DNA of 64,000 nt, taken from positions 150,164,001 through 150,228,000 of the forward strand of contig NC_042999.1 of NCBI RefSeq assembly GCF_006345805.1, read 5' to 3'. The notes below the pieces were generated by a model that saw only the letters and a program-made list of their open reading frames with translations, ran no database searches and was not told the origin of the DNA. Source of the stretch: Octopus sinensis (Eukaryota). How positions within the stretch are numbered: position 1 is the first letter of the stretch; each line of letters starts with the position of its first letter. The position numbers and the translations under genes were made by a program. Shown here piece after piece: positions 51,182-61,975 of the stretch.

Positions 51182-51882
51182 AAAGCAAAACTTCAGTTTT
51201 TCCCTATTCTGTCTTTTTAACTGTGATCTTATGTTTGGGTGTTCACAAACACACAGAAACCTTATACCCTATTTCATTTTAACTCTCTCCCTCCCTCCTC
51301 TCTCTTTCTTTCTCTCTCTCTCTCTGTCACACACACACACACAGTATGATATCATCATCATCATCATCTCTGCTTTTCCTTACTTGTATGAGTATATGTA
51401 TGTAATGTATATATATATATAATCATCATCATTATTTAGCATCCATGATGGCATTGGTCAAACAGTTTGTCAGGATCCAATGGGTTCAGAGACTGCATCA
51501 TGCTCCAGTGTCTGCTTTGGCATGATTTCTATGGCTGGATGCCCTTCTAAACCCTAACACCAACCACTTTACAGTATATACTGGCTGCTTTTTTTCATGC
51601 TGTCAGCGCTGTTATAAAATTGTAAATTAATGTTTGTTTTGAAGGGACTGAAAAGGTACCATACAACAATAATATGTATGGTCTAATGGGTGTTATACTA
51701 CATATGGAAAACCATGTACTTGTAGACAGAGTTCAGTATTGATATGAAACACTACAAATATAAATGACCTAGTTTATGTAATGCTAGATTCAGGAATATA
51801 TTTTAAGTTCAGTCTCTCTCTCTCTCTCTCTCACTATCTATCTATTTGAAACCTAATTCAGATTAATTTAACTCTATTTCAG

Positions 51883-51924
51883 AAGACTGATGATGTGTCC
51901 GTAATGATACACATTTATTCTCAT
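51883..51924 (+). CDS. Possible short phase-0 exon (KTDDVSVMIHIYSH)
   Basis: Acceptor ACTCTATTTCAG; only weak donors (CAT|GTGATA or TCC|GTAATG); in frame with the next exon. Confidence 0.25.
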
Positions 51925-52037
51925 GTGATATTGATTTAAAATTATTTAGTGATGATGGATCCTCATTTTACATTCTTCTAAGTAATATTTTCAGAAATAT
52001 CATTTCTTTCAACAAATGTTAGTTTTTCTTTTAATAG

Positions 52038-52123
52038 AGACCATTACATTTAGAGTTGCCTATTGGTGATCATGTAGGACTGTCGGAAACTCTGGTACAG
52101 ACATTGCTCTGTGCCTTTAAAAT
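52038..52123 (+). CDS. Putative coding exon of an unidentified plus-strand gene
   Basis: Acceptor TTTTTCTTTTAATAG, donor AT|GTGAGT; open frame RPLHLELPIGDHVGLSETLVQTLLCAFK (phase 2 out). Confidence 0.55.
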
Positions 52124-52881
52124 GTGAGTGCAAGTGAAAGCAACTTCTTACAGTGAGTGTGAGTGTAAATCACCTATTAATGGTGAGTGTAACTCATATA
52201 TTATACAAACTAAAGCTTAACCCAACATGATACTTAAACAGGCTGTTGACTTTATCTTTCATATGATTTAACACCATCTCCTAACCCTTGGGTGTCTTCA
52301 ACATTTTGGCCAGGTTTCCCCCAATGTCAAGGCACTACACTAACTTCTTGGCTAAAAAATAAAAAAATAAAACTCTTTTAATCCTTTATTATTTAAACTC
52401 AGTTACATCTGGCTCCATGTATTCTGCCTTGTTTTATGTTCAGACCAGCTAGATTCAGCCTGTCACATCTACCCTAAAATGTCATACTAACAATAAACAA
52501 TCACATCATTGAAAACTCAAAGACTATGAGATAATGCTTGATTAATTTAGAACTATGTAAATAAATATGCATTGCAATTGAGAGAATGAGGTGAAAGCGA
52601 AAGGGTTAAAGCACTGGATTGTCTCAGTATAACAGCTTGAACTCAGTTATAACCTTACTGAAATTTAATGCAGTTTTTCTGTTTAGTGTTCTAAATCTTA
52701 AGATAAAATATCCTGTAATTCAAGTAGTTTAATCATGACTAGAATATTGATTGAGTTATTCTTTAATCGGCTATTTCTATAGCATAGATCTGTCCAAGCA
52801 GAGCTGACTAGGAAGCTATTCAATAAAAACACAAATGCCATGAAAAATTTTGTAGTTTCATTTGCTAGCTTTATATTATAG

Positions 52882-53029
52882 GTGTGCACTTCAGCAAAAC
52901 TGGCAAGATCTAATTACAAAAGTAACTCAACAATCCACCCTATGTTTGTGCTTAAAATATAATGCAAGTATCTCCAAGAACCTCACTGATCTCATAAATT
53001 ATTATCTCTGGCCTTTTGGCATTAATCAG
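52882..53029 (+). CDS. Putative coding exon of the same gene
   Basis: Acceptor TTTATATTATAG, donor CAG|GTGAGG; only the phase matching the previous exon is open: CALQQNWQDLITKVTQQSTLCLCLKYNASISKNLTDLINYYLWPFGINQ. Confidence 0.55.
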
Positions 53030-53416
53030 GTGAGGAATAAACCTTCTTCTGGATGGGACATTGGCCTATAGTAGGTAACATTTCTTGATAGCTATGTGAA
53101 CTGAAGAATGTGGAGTTGAGTGTATACTACTTAAATACACCACATACCTGTCGTGGGTTTGAACCAAAAACATGTGAACTTATAGTGCAATAACATATCC
53201 ACTATTTTACATGTTTCTGTCATTCATTCAGCTTGTAAAATAGGCATAGACAAAGTTAACAAGAATATTAAAACAGACAACTGAAACTATTAGGTTATAA
53301 ACATGTGTGTGTACGTAAGTAAGTAAGTAACTAATGGAGTTGTTGGGATATACTAAAGAATTTCTGCTTTGCTACCTGAAATGATCTTACATTATTCTTA
53401 ATATCATTTAAGTAAG

Positions 53417-53790
53417 ACGGCGAGCTTACAGAAATGTTAGCACGCCGAGCAAAATGTTTTGTGGTATTTCGTCTGTCTTTACGTTCTGAGTTCAAATTCC
53501 GCCAAGGTTGACTTTGCCTTTCATCCTTTTGGAGTCGATAAATTAAGCACCAGTTGTGTACTGGAGTCGCTCTAATCGACTGCCCCCCTCCCTCCCCAAA
53601 AATTTTGGGCCTTGTGCCTAAGTAGAAAAGAATATCATTTAAAATGGTGAGCTGGCAGAATTGTTAGCATGCTGGGCAAAATGCTTAACAGCATTTTATT
53701 CATCTTTACATTCTGTGTTCAAATTCTGCCAAGATTGACTCTTCTTTTCATCTTTTCAAAGTTGATAAAACAGGTACCAGTTGAACACTG
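53417..53790 (+). mobile_element. Two tandem Meta-domain-like SINEs
   Basis: GGCGAGCTTACAGAAATGTTAGC head; GTTCAAATTCCGCC B-box; TTTGCCTTTCATCCTTTTGGAGTCGATAAATTAAGCACCAG core. Confidence 0.8.
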
Positions 53791-54718
53791 AGGTTGATAT
53801 AACTGACTTACTGGCCCTGTGTCAAATTTTGAAACCAATATTCTTAATATTACTGGCCCTGTGTCAAAATTTGAAACCAGTATTCTTAATATTCAGAATT
53901 TTAATTTCAAATTTTTTTTGTCTCTTTTTTTTAATTTTATTGGTGGTACTTTGGAAATATTGAATTACCACCATGCAATTCTTTAACATTGTGTATTAGT
54001 TTACTTTATTGATCGGTGGGGAAAAAACTATTTATTGTTTTCAATGTAAACTGATATTAGACCTCATAAGCATTACTAATTTCAGGCAGAAATGGGGAGA
54101 AATACTCACTGTTAACATCTTAGATTTACTATTTGAATCCATTTGACAAATATAGAAGTTTAGAATTGCTTTCCCTCCATTTCTTTTCTTCACATTTTAA
54201 AAAGTAGATTAAATAACTTTGTTAATATTCAAATGGTATTATATATCTCAGTTAATTACAGCATGGTGTAAAATATCTTTGTTAATTATGATAATGTATA
54301 AAATATCTTTGTTAATTGCAATACGGTATAAAATAACTTTGTTTATTACATCATATGTCATCATCATCATCATTATATATCCATTTTCTAAAGTTTGCTT
54401 AAGTTGAGAAGGTTCTCCAAGTACACTTATCACTTGTTACAGTTCTTTGTCATCTCTTTTGTGATCTTCAGAACTCTTAGCTCAACTTTCACCTTTCATT
54501 CCTGTCTGTGTGTATATGGTATCCTAGAATATGGTTGCCTTGCCATTCTCAAAGACCTTTTCTGGTCTATGTTTATATCATCTCTTTGCTATTGGTATTT
54601 CATAGAGCCAGCATAACTTGCAGTATATGTACTGTAACACACACTCTTTAAAATGCACTCTTTTACCAAAAAAATTCGAAAAATTACCCTGGTTTCCACA
54701 TGCAAAGTTATATCTATA

Positions 54719-54938
54719 TAACAAGAGGGTGTTGAAAATCCTGGTTTTAAGGGTATAGCGAAAGGCCTAGTTTTGGCACCAACCTTCCAAGTTCTTTTAC
54801 AGGGTTTAGAAAAACTAAAGGACCACTGCAGTAAGTGTGTGAATCTGAGAAGGGAATATGTTGAATAAAATCATAATTAACTGATCCTTCTGTATTTTCT
54901 TTTACCCAAAGCCAAAAACTTTTCAGTACCTCCTCATA
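54719..54938 (+). mobile_element. Mariner-derived MITE retaining the transposase C-terminus
   Basis: TIRs with TA flanks; internal frame LLQGLEKLKDHCSKCVNLRREYVE* matches the mariner GIxKLxxRWxKCIxxxGDYVE C-terminus. Confidence 0.85.
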
Positions 54939-55329
54939 CATGCTTTTATACACTAAAGACATTTTTTCTTGAATATACTCTGCAAAAATTCAGGTATGTC
55001 TGACATGCCTGTGTTTCTTTTTGCTACCAACTACAGCAAGTCCCAACTTTATTGTAACTACAGCAAGTCCCAATATTGTACCTGCTGATGTAGTCTTTCT
55101 TAGTTAAGACAGGGCAGCTAGAGATAATGTGGTTCTTTACCTCTTACTTTCATCATTTAACATCTGTTTTCCATGCTGGCATAGGTTGGACAGTTTGACT
55201 ATGGTCTGGAGAGCCAGTGGCTGCACCAGGTATACATATATATATATATATATAAGCCTTGCTCTGTGGACACCTTGGCTGCAATTGATACTGTTATGTT
55301 TTTGTAAATACAAACAAAAAGAAAATAAC

Positions 55330-55491
55330 ATTTAAATAAACAATATGAGAGACCACTATGTGGATCCCGTGTATGCTAAAAATAGATGTCAAACCGTCTT
55401 ACCATGAAATTTCGCAGTAAGATGGTTTGACATATATTTTTAGGATACAAGGGTTCCACATGGTGGTCTCTCATATTGTTTATATTTAAAT
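55330..55491. repeat. About 160-bp near-perfect palindrome
   Basis: TTTAAATAAACAATATGAGAGACCACTATGTGG...GTCAAACCGTCTTAC-loop-GTAAGATGGTTTGAC...CCACATGGTGGTCTCTCATATTGTTTATATTTAAA. Confidence 0.9.
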
Positions 55492-55561
55492 AGAATTCAC
55501 GGTCCTCATAGGTTTTTTTTTAAGTATGCTGACCACTGGTTGAAGTTGAAATTATTTAACA

Positions 55562-55978
55562 TAGGCGCAGGAGTGGCTGTGTGGTAAGTAGCTTACTAAC
55601 CAACCACATAGTTCCGGGTTCAGTCCCACTGCGTGGCATCTTGGGCAAGTGTCTTCTGCTATAGCTCCGGGCCGACCAATGCCTTGTGAGTGGATTTGGT
55701 AGACGGAAACTGAAAGAAGCCTGTCGTATATATATATATATAATATATATATGTATGTATGTGTGTGTTTGTGTGTCTGTGTTTGTCCCCCTAGCATTGC
55801 TTGACAACCGATGCTGGTGTGTTTACGTCCCCGTCACTTAGCGGTTCGGCAAAAGAGACCGATAGAATAAGTACCAGGCTTACAAAGAATAAGTCCCAGG
55901 GTCGATTTGCTCGACTAAAAGGCCGTGCTCCAGCATGGCCGCAGTCAAATTACTGAAACAAGTAAAAGAGTAAAAGAA
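55562..55978 (+). mobile_element. CORE-SINE, full length, CpGs retained (probably young)
   Basis: GGCGCAGGAGTGGCTGTGTGGTAAG head, GGTTCAGTCCC B-box, GGCATCTTGGGCAAGTG core, internal (TA)n and (GAGTAAAA)n tail. Confidence 0.9.
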
Positions 55979-56414
55979 TAATATTAATTTCTAACTTTAA
56001 CATTTAAATAAATAATAATAATAATGATGATGCTTTCAAATTTTGGCACTTGGGCAGCCTTATTTAAGGTGACATGTCAATTCCATTGACCACAGTACTC
56101 AGCTGGTGCTTTATTTTATCAAACCTGAAAGGATGAAACGCAAAGTTGACCTTCGTAGCACTTGAACTCATAGTGTAAAAGACCTCAAGAAATACTGTTA
56201 AATGTTTAGTCCAATGTGTTAACAATTCCACTTGCTTAATAATTGCTAACTGTTCATTTTGTCTTTGGATATTATTTGATGAGAGCCACCCCGCTGTGTG
56301 TAGACAGCTGCTATGATTTTTAAGAGAGAAACAATATCCATTCATAACTGATTGCAACACAGGGCAGACAGACTGGAAATTAATCTGAAAAGACATTCAA
56401 AGAAGATCAACATC

Positions 56415-56470
<56 letters not shown>

Positions 56471-56541
56471 ATTTGGTTTCTCCAGAATGTAAACTGGAAT
56501 TCTTAAATCAATACTCACTATATATATATATATATATATAA

Positions 56542-57035
56542 TAAAACATTATTGGTGAATTGAAGAAATGGAGCTGAACGCAGATTGAACAGAAATCGTT
56601 TTATTTCATTCTACACGTGTTTCGAAAGGCACAAATTACCAAAATCCGATTGAATAATGGGACCATATTGTGTCTTCTCTTCAGGAAGAAAAAAGGAAAT
56701 CCGTTGGAAAAACAAAACAGAACAGAGGCGGAGCAAAAAACAATCGAACTGTGCTCCTAAGAGCCCATGGTCCCATTATTCAATCGGATTTTGGTAATTT
56801 GTGCCTTTCGAACACGTGTAGAATGAAATAAAACGATTTCTGTTCAATCTGCGTTCAGCTCCATTTCTTCAATTCACCAATAATGTTTTAATTCAATTAT
56901 CCGCACCAACGCACGGTTGCAACGCCAGATGGTTGTACCTCCAACCGTGCTGTTTACTGCTGTGATTTTTGCTACTAAGGTATCGGTTAAACTTTTGATT
57001 AATCTACTACAAGATTATTCATCTTTCTATTTCAC

Positions 57036-57040
<5 letters not shown>
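56542..57040. mobile_element. Penelope-like element remnant with 125-bp inverted repeat
   Basis: Arms 56542-56666 and 56767-56890, identical except for a 1-nt indel; CpG-rich; flanked by (TA)n on both sides. Confidence 0.75.
56604..56692 (-). ncRNA. Type I hammerhead ribozyme motif (minimal, PLE type)
   Basis: Minus strand: UUC-CUGAAGA-GAAGACACAAU..35 nt..UUGUGCCUUUC-GAAA-C-ACGU-G-UA/GAA. The CUGANGA and GAAA core is intact, with a GUA triplet and palindromic stem III CACGUG; predicted cut between 56612 and 56611. Confidence 0.6.
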
Positions 57041-57071
<31 letters not shown>

Positions 57072-57108
57072 TGAAAAATGCATTAGATATTACAAAATGT
57101 ATATGTAG

Positions 57109-57226
57109 GACAGACACCGAAAGACCCTAATCCTTCATCAGTTATCGACCAAAAATACTAATAATAAGTTCTGTTAGTATTTTTGGTCAATAACTGATGA
57201 AGAATTAAGGTCCTGATGTCTCTGTC
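57109..57226. repeat. Hairpin with CTGATGA in both arms (possible PLE remnant)
   Basis: GACAGACACCGAAAGACCCTAATCCTTCATCAGTTATCGACCAAAAATACTAA-loop-TTAGTATTTTTGGTCAATAACTGATGAAGAATTAAGGTC. Confidence 0.75.
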
Positions 57227-57654
57227 TCACGTATGTTTTGTAGTATTTAATGCATTTTTCACTTATTGAGTAACTGAATGCCATGCATCCCAACTTTTGT
57301 TAACAGTAAGTTTATATACATAGAAATATATATCTTTTATCTTCTATCTTTTACTTGTTTCAGTCATTTGACTGTGGCCATGCTGGGGCACTGCCTTGAA
57401 ATTTTGAATTTTATTTGAACAAATTAAACCCAGTGCTTATTTTTTAAAGCCTGGTACTTATTCTACACATACACACTTGCATGGGCCAGATTCTTTCAGT
57501 TTCTGTCTACCAAATCCACTCAGAAGGCTTTGGTTAGCCCAAGGCTATATTAGATGAGACATGCTCAAGGTGCCATGAAGTGGGACTGAACCCAGTAACA
57601 TGTGGTTGGGAAGCAAACTTCTTACCACACAGCCATACCTTTATGCATTTCGTC

Positions 57655-58400
57655 ATCATCATCATCATCATCATCATCATCTTTGTTTAATGTCTGTTAT
57701 CCATGCTGACATGGGTTCAATGGTTTGACTGAGGATTGGCAAGCCAGGAGGCCGCACCAGACTCCAATCTGGTCTGGCAATGTTTCTACAGTTTTATGTC
57801 CTTCCTAATGCCAACCACTCTGAGAGTGTAGTGGGTGCTTTTTACGTGCCACCGGCACAGGAGCCAGTCAGGCAGTACTGGCATCAGCTGTGTTTGGATG
57901 GTGCTTTTTACGTGCCACCAGCATGGGAAGCCAGTCGGGGTGGTTGTGCTGGCACTGACCACATTCAGATGGTGCTTTTTACATGTCACCAGCACGGGGA
58001 GCCATTCAGGTGGCTCTGGCAGTGGACCCACGTATGAATGGTGCTTATTGCATGCCACCAGTACTGGTATCGGCCACAACTACAATTTCCATTTGATTGT
58101 GATTTGATTTGCTTTTGATTTACCTGACTCAATAGGTCTCCTCAAGCATGGCATGTCACTTGACAATTCAAAGGTACTTTTTAGATGGGCTGGTTATGTG
58201 ACACTGGTGTAGGCTATAGCTGTGATCTCACTTTCCTTTCCGTGTCTTCTCAATCACAGCATATCTCCAATGGTCTCGATCTTTCATCATTGCCTCTGCA
58301 AGGCCCAACGTTCGAAGGTCATGCTTCACCACCTTATCCCATGTCTTCCGGGGTCTCCTTCTTCCATGGGTTCCTTCCACTGTTAGGGAGTGGCATTTCT
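57655..58400 (-). mobile_element. RTE LINE 3' end: RT C-terminus, 3'UTR with internal subrepeats, (GAT)n tail
   Basis: HSLTVEGTHGRRRPRKTWDKVVKHDLRTLGLAEAMMKDRDHWRYAVIEKT (RTE VEG.RGRGRPRKTW motif) continues into the abundant '(CAT)n TTAACGTCC..CCATGCTAGCATGGGTTGGAC' repeat. Other copies at about 10650, 18740, 25150, 29745, 31565, 39375, 39580, 43170, 50228, 51420, 55145, 60550 and 63420. Confidence 0.88.
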
Positions 58401-58991
58401 TCACATACATATCATTATATGTATATATTTGGCTGTGGAGCACAAGCATGGTTGTCTGATTAAATAGTTTGCTTCTGAACCACATGGTTCTGGGTTCAGT
58501 CTCACTGCATGGCACCTTCAGCAAGTGTCTTCTACTACAGCTTTGTGAGTGGATTTAGTAGACAGAAACTGAAAAAAGCCTGTTGTGTGTGTGTGTGTGT
58601 GTTTGTATGTGTAAGTGTGTGTTCCTGTTTCCTTGAGTGTCATGTCACAGTTGTATACAAGTGTCGCCATCATACAAGCAGTGTGGTCCATTTCTGATCT
58701 TCTATGAAAACATTTTGGTTATGGTTCCTTGCTTGGAAACAGGTGCATGTCGGTAACAGGAGGGGCGTCAGTCTAGAAAATGTGTCTCAAGGAATTCTGT
58801 CAGATACATGCAAGCATGCAAAAGGGGCGGTTAAGACGACAACGATAATGGCATATTAAAAGAATGTGAGAGAGAGGGGGGGGAGAAAGAGAAAATGACA
58901 GACAGACAAAGACAGTAGATCCCTTTAATTCGATTTAGCCATAACAATTAAAGCCATAGTACACTCTGTTCTAAATATATATGGATGTGTG

Positions 58992-59035
<44 letters not shown>

Positions 59036-59556
59036 AACACATATTTTTGTCCTGTGGAAATGAAGTCTCAACTCGAAGGGAAACAAGCATAGGAAGTTGT
59101 CGCATTCCTAGCTCTCCTCCAGAGAATTATTAATGTGTGAAGCAAAAATGGTACAGACCAGTTCCACTTAAAAACCAAAGCTAAATCACATAAGTTGTGA
59201 TAAGTGAAAAGGGCACTGAGGCAGCAAAACATCTGAGATAGATTTATATATATATATATATGTATATAATATATATACTCACACACACACACACACACAC
59301 ATCTACGTACATTTTTGTATATAAATGTTACATACATGCACACATTTACTTATATGTATGTGTGTGTGTATATATATATATGTGTGCGGTGTGTGTGTAT
59401 ATATACGTATTATGTATGTATGAGTGTGTGTACATATATATGTATATGTATGCATATATTTGTATGTGTGTGTATAATACAAATATATCATGTACAAGCA
59501 TTTAAATATCATATACATATATATATCTTTATATGTATATATGCAATATATATATC

Positions 59557-59638
<82 letters not shown>

Positions 59639-61799
59639 ACTAATATACACATATATATACATACACACACGTATATACATCTACACATATATGTATATAA
59701 AGTTTGTAGATACAGACAACAAAGCTAAAACAGCACTGAGTACCCAAATAAAGTGTTATTTATGATAATTTATGTGAGCTGGTAGCTTGCATCTAGTTAT
59801 TCAAATTTCACATCCCCGATTACCACTGGATGTGAAGATGTGATGACAGAAGATCAAGGCATGTAGTAATATGCTGTGTGGGAAACCTATAGAACCCATG
59901 TAGACATGGGAGACTGGTTAAAACATTGATGATTATGAAGAAGAGGAGTCAGACAATGACAGTGAAGATGATTACAAAGATGAAAGTTGCTGACTTGATA
60001 AAATACTGGACCATTAGCATTCATGTTTTGTGTTTAAATTTTCTGCAGGACTTTTGTTAGTGCTTCTGAGTCAGGCAGGAAATTGCATGAGTCCGGAATG
60101 ACTCGTTCAGTAATAGATAACAGGTCTCCCAATAAATGTTAAGATTTTTTTGTCTTTAAATAGTGGCAGAATTTAGTAGTAAACTCTGGTTTTATAAACT
60201 CCTGTGGTCCATAACAGCATTTATCTCTTTTTTCTGATCTACTCTATTTGGTGACGTATAAAATGCATGTATTTCCCCCCAAAACATGTCTCAAAAAAAT
60301 CACCCTGTTCATTAATGCACAAAAAAAAACTTTTTTCCTGAATGTACACTGTTGATATTGGGGTGCATTTAATGTCTGTGCGTCCTTAATGCCACCGAAT
60401 ATGGTATGGTATTTCTTCCTAGTGTTTGATGCAAATTCATTTTGCAAGTTCTATTTTGAGTAGTGATGATTTCAAATCTGTGCTGCATCCATGGAAAACA
60501 TTATGCCAAAGAAATCTGATTTTCTGAATATATATTTATTTAGTGACTATGTTGATGCCACATAAAAAGCACCCAGTATACTCTGTAAAGTGGCTGCTAT
60601 AGAAAGGGCATCCAGCCACAGAAACCTGTCAAAGTAGGCTTTGGAGCTTGGTGCAGGACTCTGGTTTGCCAACTCCTGTTGAGCGATCCAGTCCATCATC
60701 ATCATCACCATTTAATGTCTGTTTTACATGATGATGATGTCAAATTGATCTCCCAGAGTAATGGTAGGTGCAGCTAGTATACATATATGTATTTGCAGAT
60801 AAATAGATATTTGTATATGAGTAAGATTTTATCATCATCATCACATGTCTGGTCTCCATCATAATGATGTCAAAATGCATCTCCCAGAATTATAGTAGCT
60901 GCAACTAATATTCATATATACTTGCAGGCATGTATATGTATTTGTAGATAAATAGATACTTGTGCATTGAAGATTTTACTGACAGTTAAATCACTGTTGC
61001 AGCTGATTTATTATGACAACTGTAAAGAGTTAACATGAGTTGAGAAGTATTGAATAGGCTTCATCAAACTTTTCCTCTCAGAAGTATTATAGAATTATAA
61101 ATATTACTATTGACAGTCTTTCCTTCACTGCAGACTTTGTTCAAAGTAGTTTGTGATTCAGTGAGAAATGGTTAAATATTTTATCATTATGCATCTGAAT
61201 TTTACATTTTTGTGTGAAAACGTTTTTATAAAATTTAAACCGCCTTAATTATTTACAATTTATTCAAAAACATGATAACTTTCTTTAAAGTGATAAATTT
61301 GTGTAAAAATGATAAATGATATAAAAATGGAAAAAGTTCTCTTGTATTGAATAATAATGACAAAAGTGTAAGGAGAAAACACAGCCAATGTTAGCATTGT
61401 ATCTGGAAACAAAATGGAAGATCTTTCCCTTCATCTTTTATTTTTAAAATAAATAAAATATCATTTTCCAAACAAAATAAAAAAGAATGAGTAAGATGGA
61501 TGCATGGGTCAAATATTGGATGACATTAATCACAATATAGAACCTGTTCAAAACCCATAGAAAAAGATCAATAGTTGTTGTTTTATCCCCAGCATAATCA
61601 ACCCATCCTTTAGGTGCGTGTAGAACTATATTATCCAATGAGTCTCTTCCTTATTTAAGAAGATAAGGTGTTGCTGAAGGAATTACTATTTGCTTTGATC
61701 TTTCATCATCATATCTGTTAACCTCAGTATCACATGATCTCATCTCACCACTTTTACTTTCCTTTGCTACTATAATGGCTTCTCTTTCTTGGAACTCAA

Positions 61800-61975
61800 G
61801 CACTCACAACCCATTCACCTTTCCACCTCTCATCACCCTTGTTTCATCCAATCCTCTAAGTCCCAGACTAACCATTATACCCAATCCTTTCCTCTGGAAT
61901 CTTCTTACTCACTCAACAATTTAAACAAATTGTTAATGGCATTTGGTTCCCCTGTCTCACAAGGTCTGTAAAGGT
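61800..61975 (+). mobile_element. Possible old LINE RT C-terminal relic
   Basis: HPCFIQSSKSQTNHYTQSFPLESSYSLNNL loosely matches RTxHYxxSFFPRTSxLWNxL. Confidence 0.35.

Noticed and set aside
51886-51990. C/D-box snoRNA, or the exon CVRNDTHLFSCDIDLKLFSDDGSSFYILL
   Set aside because: No D box or terminal stem; that frame is preceded by stops and its donors are out of phase with the next exon.
54395-54616. Hydrophobic 73-aa ORF as a membrane protein
   Set aside because: Non-ATG start and hydrophobicity explained by T-richness; kept only as one of several possible terminal exons.
59770-60415. Acidic ORF remnant (DDYEEEESDNDSEDD) with a pogo-like terminus near 60410
   Set aside because: Multiple stops in all frames and no matching second TIR found; too weak to call.
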